Of a stretch of DNA of 64,000 bases, positions 54,866-64,000 are shown in pieces. Position 1 is the first letter of the stretch. Each line of letters opens with the position of its first letter. The notes under the pieces are model-generated. The model ran no database searches. It saw only the letters and a program-made list of their open reading frames with translations, and was not told the origin of the DNA. This DNA is from an uncultured Planctomycetaceae bacterium. GTDB lineage: Bacteria; Planctomycetota; Phycisphaerae; SM23-33. The translations under genes were made by a program, and so were the position numbers. Location: the NCBI GenBank assembly GCA_964583095.1, contig CAZOVB010000011.1, positions 26,134-90,133 on the forward strand, given 5' to 3'.

Positions 54866-55689
54866 AGTCTGCCGCTTTGGCGGAAGCGGCCTGGGGGGAC
54901 GCCGGCGATCTTCTTGAACTGACGGGAGAAGTAGTACACGTCTCGGAATCCCATGCGGGTTGCGATAGCCTTGATGGGCAGATCCGTGGTGAGCAGCAGC
55001 TTGCGCGCCTCGGCCATCCTCGCCTGGAGCAGAAACGTGTGGATCCCCATCCCCATCTTCTGGCGGAATCTCTTGCGGAGGGTGCTAAGAGACAGGTTGA
55101 ACTCCTCGGCCAGGGCGGGGTAATCCGGGTTGTGCTGCGGAGCATCGGCCAGGCGGGAGGCAATGCGGTCGATCTCATCTTCCTTCCCATGGTCCGAGCT
55201 TTGTCGGCAGCTTGTCAGTTCCAGCAGGATCTTCTCCAGCAGGTTCACGGCCCGCAGATGATCCAGTCGCCTTCCCCTGGACTCGAATGCGAGGCGGATC
55301 ATGCGGTCGAACGTTCCGGTCATCTCGTCGATCTCCGGGGGATCCCAGACCACCGGTGCAGGCCAGAGTCCTTCCTCCTGCCACCAGTTGAGCAGGGGGC
55401 CCCGGAAGGCGATATGGCGGTGATCCCAGCTCTTGCCATCCCGGGCGGAGCAGAAGCGGATGCGCGGCCCGGGCATGCAGGGCCAGAAGCAAGGCCCCTG
55501 GAGGATACGGTGCTGCTGGTCGTAGCTGAGTCGAATTTCCCCACTCAGGGCCAGTTGCAGGGAGGCATATCCGGCGAAGTGCTTATCCAGCCGTGCGGTG
55601 CATCGGGGCATTCTGCCGCCATGAAGAAAGGTCAGTTCCCGGGAATTTCTCATGGACATATCATGCAAAACCCGGGACGACAAGTCCAT
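54862..55689 (-). CDS. AraC-family transcriptional regulator
   Basis: C-terminal HTH_18: LSLSTLRKRFRQKMGMGIHTFLLQARMAEARKLLLTTDLPIKAIATRMGFRDVYYFSRQFKK. Start uncertain (55689 or 55659). Confidence 0.75.
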   Translation of the reverse strand: MDLSSRVLHDMSMRNSRELTFLHGGRMPRCTARLDKHFAGYASLQLALSGEIRLSYDQQHRILQGPCFWPCMPGPRIRFCSARDGKSWDHRHIAFRGPLLNWWQEEGLWPAPVVWDPPEIDEMTGTFDRMIRLAFESRGRRLDHLRAVNLLEKILLELTSCRQSSDHGKEDEIDRIASRLADAPQHNPDYPALAEEFNLSLSTLRKRFRQKMGMGIHTFLLQARMAEARKLLLTTDLPIKAIATRMGFRDVYYFSRQFKKIAGVPPGRFRQSGRL

Positions 55690-55758
55690 TGAGAAAGATC
55701 TAAAAGCTGGTAGTCTCTGGATGATTTGTGCAATGTCAACCCATGAAAAGGATCGGCC

Positions 55759-56847
55759 ATGCAAGACGTTCTCCGCCAATGTCTCGAAGATCTCGACAGA
55801 CGAATCGACCCGGATACCGAAAGGCAGTCCCTCCAGGTGTGGGATGTCTTCCTGGATGCCAAGCACACCGACGAAATCTTCAGCCCCCCATACCGAAAGC
55901 CCGCCCCGGCGAAGGTCTCCTGGCCGAAGATCAGCGTCAACCAGGCCTTCGAAGACCCCACCTGTGACAGGATGATCCTCCATCAACTGGGGATGCTCTC
56001 AAACATGCTCGAGGCCGGGGGGAATGATCCGCTCAACGTTCGATGCAACTACTCGACGGGCATCATGCCCTCCCTGTTTGGCTGCAAGATGTTCATGATG
56101 GACGAGAAGAACAACACACTCCCTGCGGCGATTCCTTACGGGTCACGCGACGAGATTCGCCGCCTGCTCGATGCCGGTGTGCCGGATCCGACCACGGGCC
56201 TGGGCGAGATCGTCCTCCGCTGTGGACAGCGTTTCGTCGAGCTGCTGGGCCAGTATGAGAACCTCTGGCAGTTCGTAGAGGTGTATCATCCGGACGTGCA
56301 GGGGCCGATCGACATCGTGGAGGTGGTCTGGGGCTCCGACATGTTCCTGGGTTTCTACGACTGTCCCGACCTGCTGCGAAGTTTTCTGGATCTCGTGGCC
56401 CAGACATACGAGGGCTTCATGGACAGGTGGTACGAAGTCGTGGGGCCGCCGGCTAAGCGGAACGGACACTGGAAGGTCCGACACGACGGAGCACTGATGC
56501 TCCGGGAAGACTCGCTGATGAACCTTTCGCCGGAGCAGTATGCGGAGTTTATTCTGCCGGTGGACCAGCGATTGCTGGACCGATTCGGGTCCGGTGCGGT
56601 ACACTTCTGCGGCCGTGGCGACCACTACATCGAGCCCTTGTGCGAGATGCCCGGGGTCACGGGCATTGCAATGAGTCAGCCGGAACTCAATGACATGGAG
56701 AAGATTTACCGGGCGACGGTGGATCAGGGCGTCTTCCTGCTGGATTTCCCGGCCTGGGCGGCCCAGGAGGCTTGCCGGCAGGGCCGGGACCTGCGAGGGC
56801 GGGTCCACGTTCGCCAGTTGCCCGCCGGTAACGAGCAGGTCGCCTGA
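55759..56847 (+). CDS. Hypothetical protein, possibly URO-D/MtaA-like TIM-barrel family
   Basis: 362 aa. A late VHFCGRGDH motif resembles the conserved H.CG of uroporphyrinogen-decarboxylase-family enzymes. Divergent from the AraC gene. Confidence 0.35.
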   Translation: MQDVLRQCLEDLDRRIDPDTERQSLQVWDVFLDAKHTDEIFSPPYRKPAPAKVSWPKISVNQAFEDPTCDRMILHQLGMLSNMLEAGGNDPLNVRCNYSTGIMPSLFGCKMFMMDEKNNTLPAAIPYGSRDEIRRLLDAGVPDPTTGLGEIVLRCGQRFVELLGQYENLWQFVEVYHPDVQGPIDIVEVVWGSDMFLGFYDCPDLLRSFLDLVAQTYEGFMDRWYEVVGPPAKRNGHWKVRHDGALMLREDSLMNLSPEQYAEFILPVDQRLLDRFGSGAVHFCGRGDHYIEPLCEMPGVTGIAMSQPELNDMEKIYRATVDQGVFLLDFPAWAAQEACRQGRDLRGRVHVRQLPAGNEQVA

Positions 56848-56887
56848 GGTCGGTACTTTCAGGCGGTCTTTGCCTGAAGGGATCGCA

Positions 56888-57340
56888 ATGGAAGGACCGA
56901 TAACGATACAGTTGCAGCGATTGGAAGCTGCGGAAGATCTGCCCTTGCCGGCGTACATGTCCGAACATGCGGCCGGGATGGACCTTGTCGCTTCCTGTTG
57001 CGAGCCAATCGCGCTGGCGCCGATGGATCGGGCCCTGGTTCCGTGCGGGTTCAAGATGGCCCTTCCCGATGGCTACGAAGCGCAGGTTCGTCCCCGCAGC
57101 GGACTTGCGCTGAAGCATGGGTTGATTCTTCCGAACTCCCCTGGCACAATCGATGCGGACTACCGCGGCGAGGTGTGCGTGATACTGGCGAATCTCGGAA
57201 AGGAAACCTTCACAGTTCAACGTGGTATGCGGATCGCCCAGATGGTGATCGCGCCGGTCAGCCGGGCACGCATCGAAACCGTGGATTCGTTGCCCGATTC
57301 GGTCCGAGGGGCCGGCGGGTTCGGACATACCGGCACGTAG
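56888..57340 (+). CDS. dut: dUTP diphosphatase
   Basis: Motifs [24 protein letters not shown] and RGAGGFG.TG. Confidence 0.9.
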   Translation: MEGPITIQLQRLEAAEDLPLPAYMSEHAAGMDLVASCCEPIALAPMDRALVPCGFKMALPDGYEAQVRPRSGLALKHGLILPNSPGTIDADYRGEVCVILANLGKETFTVQRGMRIAQMVIAPVSRARIETVDSLPDSVRGAGGFGHTGT

Positions 57341-57412
57341 TACAGCGCCGGGGCCAGGGATTGGTCCCTCGATAGACTCCAGACCGCCTGTGCGGCAGGA
57401 GGACGGTTACGG

Positions 57413-59821
57413 ATGACACGAACAGATCAGAACCCCCAAAGCGAGGATAGCGCAGAGCGGAGCGACGCTTCGCGGTTCGGCAGGTATTGCCTCGTGCTCC
57501 TGCTGGCCGGAACCACGCTGCTGCTCTGGCTGAGCATGCTGACCTTCGATCCGCTGGATCCACCCTCTCCTCAGCTTTACAGCGTGGAACGAAAGGTCCA
57601 GAACGCCGGCGGAAGGGTAGGGGCTCACATCGCCTATCACATGCGGTACTGGCTGGGCTCGGGTGTCTATGTCGGAATGCTGCTTACCACCCTGGCCGCC
57701 GGCCTTCTCCTGGCCGGCAGAACCATTCGCGATCTGCCCTGGCGGATCATGGGAATGATGATCCTGATCACCGGGGCCAGTGCGGCCGTCTATGCTGCCG
57801 ATCCGACACGCCCGGACAATCTCATCCAGAGCGGAGCCGGTGTGTTGGGGACATTCGTGGGTGATTTTCTCCTGGTCCGCCTGGGCACGGCCGGCGGATG
57901 GATTGCCATCCTCGTCCTGGTGGCCATCGGCAGCCTCTTGGCCGCCGACGACCTGGTGCTTCGTATCCCGGGCTGGCTGGCGCGGGGGGCCAGAAAAGGC
58001 AAGACGGCCTCCCAAAGCGTTTCGGGCGCTCTGGGGGCAGCGGCGGTGAAGATTCATGAAAGGAAGCAGGCCGCAGCCAGCCGCCCAAACAAGCCGGCCG
58101 AAACGAAAGCGTCTCCGCCTCGCAAGGTGGCCCAGGAGTCTGCCGCAAGGCCCCTGGTAACCCAAAGCCCCTCCGGGCAGTTTGCTTCCGAGGCCCCTGA
58201 AGAAAGCAAGGGTCGGAAGAAGAAGCGAAAGAAAAAGAAGAAGGACCCGGTCAAGGTGCCAAGCGAGTCTTCCCAGGCCGAGACGGTCGACGAAACTCAG
58301 CAAGGCTATGTCCTGCCCTCCAAGGACCTCTTGGTCAAGCCTGAGGGCGGCTACATCGAATCCCAGGAAGAGATTGCGCTTCGCAACCGGCAGGTTCTCC
58401 AGCAGACGCTTGACAACTTCAATGTCGAAGCGCAGGTGGTGGGCCACATGACCGGGCCTTGCATTACCATGTTCGAGCTGAGCCTCTCGCCGGGGGTGAA
58501 GGTCAGCAAGATATCGGGGCTCTCGACCGACCTGGCCCGCGCCCTGGCCGTGCCCGGCGTCCGCATCGTCTCGCCCATCATCGGCAAGGACACCGTTGGC
58601 ATCGAGGTGCCCAACGCCGACAGGGAAGTGGTGCGCATTCGTGAACTTAAGGACCTCTCCGGCGGCAAGGACGAGAAGATGTTCCTGCCGTTGTACCTGG
58701 GCAAGGACGCCTCGGGCGATCCGATCGTGGCCGATCTCGCGTCCATGCCGCACATGCTCATGGCCGGCACCACCGGCTCGGGCAAGAGCGTCTGTATCAA
58801 TGCCATCATCATGTCGATGCTGCTGATGCGTAAGCCCGAAGAGGTCCGGTTCATCCTGGTCGATCCGAAGATGGTCGAGTTGGCCGCCTTCGAGAACATT
58901 CCCCACCTGCTTTGCCCGATCATCAACGACATGCGCAAGGCCGAGGAAATCCTCGAATGGGCCGCCCAGAAGATGGACGAACGCTACGAGCTGCTTAAAG
59001 AGGCCGGCGTGCGAAACATTGCAGGCTACAACCGCCTGGACGAAAAGGAAATCTACGAGCGCCTGGGGGCAGAGAGCGACGAGGAGAAGCTTCGCATCCC
59101 CTCGCAACTGCCCTACTACGTGATCATCATCGATGAACTGGCCGACCTGATGATGACCTCCAGTAAGGAGGTCGAACTGCACATTATCCGCATAGCCCAA
59201 AAGGCCCGGGCTGTGGGGATCCACCTCGTCCTGGCCACACAGAGGCCCAGTGTCGACGTGGTGACCGGTCTGATCAAGTCGAACATGCCCTGTAGAATCA
59301 GCTTCCGCGTGGCCTCCCGACAGGAAAGTCGGATCATCCTCGACCAGAACGGCGCCGAAGTCCTCATGGGCCAGGGCGATATGCTCTTCTTGCAGCCGGG
59401 CACGAGCAACGTGCTTCGAAGCCAGGGAACCTTTGTGGAAGATCGCGAGATCCGCTCGGTCGTCAAGGAGCTCAAGAAAATCGGCGAGCCGAAGTTCAAC
59501 GCCGAACTCATGCGCCTCAACTCCGCGCCCTCCGGCGAGACCGACGGGGAGAAGGATGACTTGTTTGACAAGGCCGTCGAGGTCGTCCTGGCCACCCAGC
59601 GGGGCAGCGTCTCTCTGCTTCAACGCAAACTCCAGGTCGGATACACCCGGGCCAGCCGGATTGTCGACCAGATGGCCGAGGCGGGAATCCTGGGCGACTA
59701 CAAAGGTTCCCAGGCACGCGAATGTCTGATTACGCTGGAAGACTGGCAGGCAATGAAGGAATCCGAAGCCGCGGACCTCTCCGGCGAGTCTTCGCTCAAT
59801 GGAGAACCCACGAGCGTCTAG
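57413..59821 (+). CDS. ftsK: DNA translocase FtsK
   Basis: 4 N-terminal TM helices, a Lys-rich linker, a motor with Walker A GTTGSGKS and Walker B IIIDE, and a C-terminal gamma domain (SLLQRKLQVGYTRASRIVDQM). Confidence 0.9.
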   Translation: MTRTDQNPQSEDSAERSDASRFGRYCLVLLLAGTTLLLWLSMLTFDPLDPPSPQLYSVERKVQNAGGRVGAHIAYHMRYWLGSGVYVGMLLTTLAAGLLLAGRTIRDLPWRIMGMMILITGASAAVYAADPTRPDNLIQSGAGVLGTFVGDFLLVRLGTAGGWIAILVLVAIGSLLAADDLVLRIPGWLARGARKGKTASQSVSGALGAAAVKIHERKQAAASRPNKPAETKASPPRKVAQESAARPLVTQSPSGQFASEAPEESKGRKKKRKKKKKDPVKVPSESSQAETVDETQQGYVLPSKDLLVKPEGGYIESQEEIALRNRQVLQQTLDNFNVEAQVVGHMTGPCITMFELSLSPGVKVSKISGLSTDLARALAVPGVRIVSPIIGKDTVGIEVPNADREVVRIRELKDLSGGKDEKMFLPLYLGKDASGDPIVADLASMPHMLMAGTTGSGKSVCINAIIMSMLLMRKPEEVRFILVDPKMVELAAFENIPHLLCPIINDMRKAEEILEWAAQKMDERYELLKEAGVRNIAGYNRLDEKEIYERLGAESDEEKLRIPSQLPYYVIIIDELADLMMTSSKEVELHIIRIAQKARAVGIHLVLATQRPSVDVVTGLIKSNMPCRISFRVASRQESRIILDQNGAEVLMGQGDMLFLQPGTSNVLRSQGTFVEDREIRSVVKELKKIGEPKFNAELMRLNSAPSGETDGEKDDLFDKAVEVVLATQRGSVSLLQRKLQVGYTRASRIVDQMAEAGILGDYKGSQARECLITLEDWQAMKESEAADLSGESSLNGEPTSV

Positions 59822-59891
59822 AATCCCCCTGACGTCTCGAAAGGAATCTGAAGGTATCTGCTCGGAAACTGCACATCCCGATGCGCCGTCC

Positions 59892-60995
59892 ATGGCTCCG
59901 GGCGCCCAAGGTTCCCAGGCCGCTGTAGATCCGCTTCGCGTGGCCTGGCTGCTGGCGCCCGGCACCCGTCGCCTGATGGGGCGGATCCTCGAACCCCTGG
60001 CCATCGGACTGCTCGATGCGCTGACACAACTGATCCTGGTCTGCCCCGACCAGGAAGAGGCCAAGGGCATTCCGTCTCCCCCTGCCGAAGTGGTTTTCTA
60101 TCCCTCCACCCGCTGGTGGCAGAGTCGTCGGCGGGCTTCCGAGCCGCTCATCCGCCACATGGCTGGGATGAACCTGGACGTTCTCCACGCCATTGAGCCG
60201 GCCACGTTGCCCCTGGCTCAGCTCCTGGCCGAGCAACTCGAGCTTCCCTACTGTGTCACCAGCTACCGCACCGGAGACGTTCGGACGCTTCAACGACTCG
60301 ACGAACGTGCGGAAGTGGTCCTGGCCGTCTCGCGTCACGTCCAGGAATGCCTCATCGAGGGTCGGGTCGCCCCCGCCCAGAACATTCGCGTCATTCCCCC
60401 CGGTCTCTACCCGGCCAAGCACGCTACGTGTTTTTCCCAAGGCAGCCGAAGTGCCTCGATCCTCGCCGGTGGGCCCTTGGACGATTACGAAGGCTATGCC
60501 CAGGTCCTCTCGGCCTTTGCCATGCTCCGCAGGGACCAGTACGACTGCGTCTTTTTCATCCTCGGGGCCGGCACGGCCGAACACCAGCTTCGAAAACGGG
60601 CCGAACAGCTCGAATTGACCGACGTGCTGACCTTCGTCTCCGGCCAGGCGGAGGATCAGCTCCAGGGCGTCTTCCAGGGGGCGGATATCTATCTCTCGCC
60701 CCTGGCCCTGCCCTGGCTGGACCTTCACTGTCTCCAGGCGATGGCTGCGGGAATCCCCGTCCTGGTCGGCGACGATGCCCGCGATGACTTCCTGGTCGAT
60801 TCCAAGGCGCCGCTGAACTTCGCTTCCGGGCAGGCACAGGCCATGGCCGAGGCGCTGGCCTCCTGCCTCGATGATCGTGCAAAGGCCCGGGCCCGGGCCG
60901 AAAAGGGCCTGGCCTACCTTCGAGAGCACCACAGCGTCTCAGGTACCACCGAGCAACTCGCCGCCTGCTATCGGGAGATCGTTCCCGCAGGCTGA
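59892..60995 (+). CDS. Glycosyltransferase (GT4/GT-B-like)
   Basis: GT-B fold halves. The C-terminal half has the E..........E-like region (GADIYLSPLALPWLDLHCLQAMAAGIPVLV). Confidence 0.5.
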   Translation: MAPGAQGSQAAVDPLRVAWLLAPGTRRLMGRILEPLAIGLLDALTQLILVCPDQEEAKGIPSPPAEVVFYPSTRWWQSRRRASEPLIRHMAGMNLDVLHAIEPATLPLAQLLAEQLELPYCVTSYRTGDVRTLQRLDERAEVVLAVSRHVQECLIEGRVAPAQNIRVIPPGLYPAKHATCFSQGSRSASILAGGPLDDYEGYAQVLSAFAMLRRDQYDCVFFILGAGTAEHQLRKRAEQLELTDVLTFVSGQAEDQLQGVFQGADIYLSPLALPWLDLHCLQAMAAGIPVLVGDDARDDFLVDSKAPLNFASGQAQAMAEALASCLDDRAKARARAEKGLAYLREHHSVSGTTEQLAACYREIVPAG

Positions 60996-61022
60996 CAACT
61001 CAGCCCCAGACTGCGCGCACCG

Positions 61023-62189
61023 CTAAAGCGCAGGAAGTTCCGGAACGTCCAGCCAGGTGCGCTTCTTCCAGGATTCCAGACCCAGCTCAGCCAGTTGAAC
61101 TCCCTTGGCCGCCTCGCGCAGATCCCAGCCGAAGGGCTCATCGCATGCAACGTGGCGCAGGAACAGTTCCCACTGGATCTTGAAGGCGTTGTCGAAGTCC
61201 CCGGCCTGGTCGGGGACCTCCGTCCAGGTCTGGAAGTGGTTGATCGGCGAGTCGATATCGGGGTTCCACACCGGTCGGGGGGTAGCCTGGAGAGGCTGGA
61301 TCCAGCACTTTCGCAGCCCGGCGACGGCAGAGCCTTTGGTTCCGTCGACCTGGATTGTCAGCAGGTCGTCGCGACGAACCCGTGTGCACCAGGAAGAGTT
61401 GAACTGCGCGACGATCCCGCCGGCCAGTTCGAAGGTGGCATAGGCGGCGTCGTCGGCGGTGGCCTGGTAGGCCTTGCCGCTTTCGTCGTAGCGGCGGTCG
61501 ATATGCGTGGCCCCAAGGCAGCAGAGGGAATTCACGTGGCCAAAGACGTTGTCCAGTACGTAGCGCCAGTGACAGAGCATGTCGATGATGATGCCCCCGC
61601 CGTCCTCACTGCGGTAGTTCCAACTGGGCCGCTGGGCGGGGAGGTTCTCGCCGGTGAAGACCCAGTAGCCGAACTCGCCCTTGACCGAGAGAATCTCCCC
61701 GAAAAAGCCGGTATCGATAAGGGTCTTGAGTTTCACGATGCCCGGCAGCCAGAGCTTGTCCTGGACCACCCCGTGCTTTACGCCGGCCTGGTGGGCGGTC
61801 TTATAGAGCTCATAGGCGGTTTTGGAATCCAGGGCGGTAGGCTTTTCGCAGTAGACGTCCTTTCCCGCGGCGACCGCTTTTGCGACTGCATCGGCCCGGC
61901 GGTCGGTGGTCTGGGAATCGAAGTAGACGCTGTAGCGGTCATCGGCCAGGGCTTCATCCAGGTCGGTGGTCCAATTCTGGATGCCCGACATCTCGGCGAG
62001 CCTTTCGAGTTTGACCGGATTGCGTCCGACCAGGATCGGGTCGGGAATGATTCGCAGGTCGCCGTCGCAGGCGACGCCTCCCTGGCGGATAATCGGCACG
62101 ATGGACCGCATCAGGTGCTGGTTGGTCCCCATTCGGCCGGTTACACCATTGAGAATGATGCCGATTTTGCGTTCTTGCGCGGTCTGCAT
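61023..62189 (-). CDS. Gfo/Idh/MocA-family oxidoreductase
   Basis: N-terminal NAD(P)-binding KIGIILNGVTGRMG and a C-terminal alpha/beta domain. Confidence 0.75.
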   Translation of the reverse strand: MQTAQERKIGIILNGVTGRMGTNQHLMRSIVPIIRQGGVACDGDLRIIPDPILVGRNPVKLERLAEMSGIQNWTTDLDEALADDRYSVYFDSQTTDRRADAVAKAVAAGKDVYCEKPTALDSKTAYELYKTAHQAGVKHGVVQDKLWLPGIVKLKTLIDTGFFGEILSVKGEFGYWVFTGENLPAQRPSWNYRSEDGGGIIIDMLCHWRYVLDNVFGHVNSLCCLGATHIDRRYDESGKAYQATADDAAYATFELAGGIVAQFNSSWCTRVRRDDLLTIQVDGTKGSAVAGLRKCWIQPLQATPRPVWNPDIDSPINHFQTWTEVPDQAGDFDNAFKIQWELFLRHVACDEPFGWDLREAAKGVQLAELGLESWKKRTWLDVPELPAL

Positions 62190-62218
62190 GCTATCTTCTT
62201 CTCCTGCTGTTCTGAGGA

Positions 62219-62674
62219 TTACTGCGTGTCCGAGGGGGCTTGGCTGCACTGGGGCCAGGCTCCTGCGGGAAGGGCGGGAACGTCCACCCCGGCCACCGGC
62301 AGCGTGCCGGCCAGCTCCTGCTTCCAGTGGTCCACGTCGCCGGCCGGCCCGTAAACGTAGATCATCTTGAGAATCTCATCTCCGGTGTTGGTAAGCTGAT
62401 GGTACTGCCCGGGGGGGATGAAGACCGCCTGGCCGGCCTGGAGGGTTTCTTTCCGGTCGCCGAGGCACATCTCTCCCTGCCCGCTGAGGACGAAGTACAC
62501 TTCCTCCTGCTGCTGGTTGTGCCAGGGAACCTGCCCGCCCCTGGGTTCGAGGGTCACAAAACCCATCGCGAAACTTTCGGGCTGGATCGGCGAGGCCCCG
62601 CCGGCCAGGTTCTGCGTGCGGCGACGGGCCGGGTACGTCCTGCCCTCGATTTTCGAAAGATCAGCGATGTTCAT
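62219..62674 (-). CDS. Cupin-domain protein
   Basis: Cupin motifs G(X)5HXH...E-like (PWHNQQQEEVYFVLSGQGEM and GQYHQLTNTGDEILKMIYV). Confidence 0.6.
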   Translation of the reverse strand: MNIADLSKIEGRTYPARRRTQNLAGGASPIQPESFAMGFVTLEPRGGQVPWHNQQQEEVYFVLSGQGEMCLGDRKETLQAGQAVFIPPGQYHQLTNTGDEILKMIYVYGPAGDVDHWKQELAGTLPVAGVDVPALPAGAWPQCSQAPSDTQ

Positions 62675-62773
62675 CGCGGGGGTCTCCTTTTCTCTGCTGC
62701 CTGCGGGGACGGGCAACTCATTGGGCTGGTGTGGGGGTGGGATTATACGCTTCTCTCCCGGCGGTTGCACGCT

Positions 62774-64000
62774 CTAAGCAGGTCCGAAAAAGGTCAGATA
62801 CGTCTGGTTGTTGGCCAGGCGCTGCAGGTAGAGTCCAAGCTCGCGCAGGTGGTAGTCACCCCACATCGAGGCCTCGGAGCAGGGGACCTTTTGGCCGGCG
62901 GGAATGTGGTCCCACCCGTTGGGCCTGTGATACACGCTGTGAAGCAGCAGGCCCTGATGGTCCGGGTCTTCGGATAAATATTCGCTGCCAAGCAGCGCCT
63001 TGGCGACGGTCAGGCCGGCCTGGCGGTAGCGGTCGGCCTGGCTGTCCCCTCGCCGGGCCAGGAACCTGCCCAGGCGCAGCAGGCCCTGGGCGGCAATGGC
63101 CGATGCGGAGGAATCGACCGGCTCGTGGTCGTTGTACGGATCGGCCGGGTGCTTCAGGTAATCGCCCATCCGGGCCAAACCCGGTGCGCCGGTATCCCAG
63201 TAGCAGATGCCGTCGGTGGGGGTATGTTCGATGTAGAAGTCGCACGTGGCCCGGGCGGCCTGGAGGATCGGTTCCACGACGGACTCGGGGTCTCCAAAGG
63301 CTTCCAGATCTTCCGGGGTGCACGTTTCCAGGAACTCCAGTTGCTCAGCGGCCCCGAGCATGATCCATCCCAGCCCCCGCGTCCAGGTGGTAAAGGGCGA
63401 ATAGCCCTGCTGGCTGGAGGGACAGCGGAAGCGTCCGTCGTTGCAGTTGAAGATGCACTCGTGTACCACCCGGCCTGGCAGGTCGTACACGTCCCGTCCC
63501 TTGCCGTAGTAGACGCTGTAGGCGGCGGTAGTGTGCAGGTGGCAGATCATACGGCCCAGCAGATCGATAGCCCGGTCGCCCTCGCCGAGGAGGACGTGAC
63601 CCAGTCTCCAGGCCACGGCCAGGATCCGACACGACCGGATGGTGTCGGCAAAGAGGCTGTGGGGCCCGTTGAAGGAGTAGATGTAGCCCATCCGGTCGGG
63701 AAGCTGTGTCCATCGGCTGGCCTGGGTAGCGGCGGAGGCTTGCAGGGCCATCTGCCAGAAGTCCATTTCGCCCGGGGCCGGCTGAATGCGACCCTCCCGG
63801 GCAAGTCTCCACAAGTTGCCGTAGGTGCTGAGGTTATTGAACCCGTGGTCGTGCACGCCGTGGTGGGTCACGTGCGGGGCCATCGTGTCCCGCGTTGCCT
63901 CTCGGCCCAGTGTGAGGAATTCCTGCTCGCCGGCGGCGTCGTATTGCAGCAGGGCGGAGCCGACGACGAACCCCTGTGTCCAGTGTGTCCAGGGCCTGGA
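62774..64000 (-). CDS. Glycoside hydrolase GH88/GH105-like (unsaturated glucuronyl/rhamnogalacturonyl hydrolase), 5' end outside the window
   Basis: (alpha/alpha)6-barrel-type sequence (DTIRSCRILAVAWRLG..., WDTGAPG, MWGDYHLRELG). The reading frame stays open upstream of ATG 63883 to the window edge. Confidence 0.5.
   Translation of the reverse strand, partial: SRPWTHWTQGFVVGSALLQYDAAGEQEFLTLGREATRDTMAPHVTHHGVHDHGFNNLSTYGNLWRLAREGRIQPAPGEMDFWQMALQASAATQASRWTQLPDRMGYIYSFNGPHSLFADTIRSCRILAVAWRLGHVLLGEGDRAIDLLGRMICHLHTTAAYSVYYGKGRDVYDLPGRVVHECIFNCNDGRFRCPSSQQGYSPFTTWTRGLGWIMLGAAEQLEFLETCTPEDLEAFGDPESVVEPILQAARATCDFYIEHTPTDGICYWDTGAPGLARMGDYLKHPADPYNDHEPVDSSASAIAAQGLLRLGRFLARRGDSQADRYRQAGLTVAKALLGSEYLSEDPDHQGLLLHSVYHRPNGWDHIPAGQKVPCSEASMWGDYHLRELGLYLQRLANNQTYLTFFGPA

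Noticed and set aside
58180-58260. Poly-lysine-coding run (AAG/AAA repeats) as a possible repeat element
   Set aside because: It encodes the Lys-rich linker KGRKKKRKKKKKDP of FtsK, a normal feature of FtsK linkers.
1-64000. tRNA genes, CRISPR repeats, IS elements and integrases
   Set aside because: I scanned by eye for T-loop GTTCGAATC-type motifs, regularly spaced direct repeats, and transposase- or integrase-like translations in the ORF track. None were found. A proper tRNAscan/CRISPR finder run would be needed to be certain.

Overview
High-GC (~65%) chromosomal segment, most likely from a Planctomycetota genome (Pirellulales-like). The evidence is prepilin-type pseudopilin paralogs, PSCyt1-type cytochrome c motifs, an N-terminal 'LEPLEQR..LSA' motif on a giant dockerin/LVIVD protein, and mostly weak Shine-Dalgarno sequences. 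I call about 54 protein-coding genes on both strands, many with 4-8 bp start/stop overlaps typical of operons. By motif scanning I found no rRNA, tRNA, CRISPR array, transposase, integrase or phage genes.

Housekeeping genes are metG, guaA, bioA-bioD, pcm, dut, ftsK and a stand-alone coaB. Between them lie:
- a surface-glycan biosynthesis block: two NAD-dependent epimerases, a PglC-like sugar transferase, a HAD hydrolase, a GalU-like nucleotidyltransferase and a UDP-sugar dehydrogenase;
- secreted CAZymes: GH43, a GH3 with a PA14 insert, and a partial GH88/105-like gene;
- several giant secreted proteins: BNR plus CBM9-like, LVIVD plus dockerin, and PD40 plus PSCyt cytochrome.

The most unusual locus is a six-gene minus-strand operon at 26486-34544. 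Reading downstream from its 5' end (34544) it encodes a complete set of four minor pseudopilins (GspH-, J-, I- and K-like), then an unknown membrane protein, then a 980-aa BNR plus CBM9-like protein. The K-like member carries a CBM4_9-like module, the J-like member is a 543-aa giant, and a C9 homopolymer sits inside the J-like coding frame.

Other notable points:
- an OsmC gene interrupted by an in-frame TAA;
- a histidine kinase with a CxxCH haem-c motif in its sensor domain;
- a GT3 (eukaryote-type) glycogen synthase;
- an orphan HicB-like gene;
- a near-consensus sigma70 promoter driving a small acidic protein;
- tandem paralogy between a giant cytochrome gene and an adjacent short gene.

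All product calls are from motif recognition by eye; no database search was possible.
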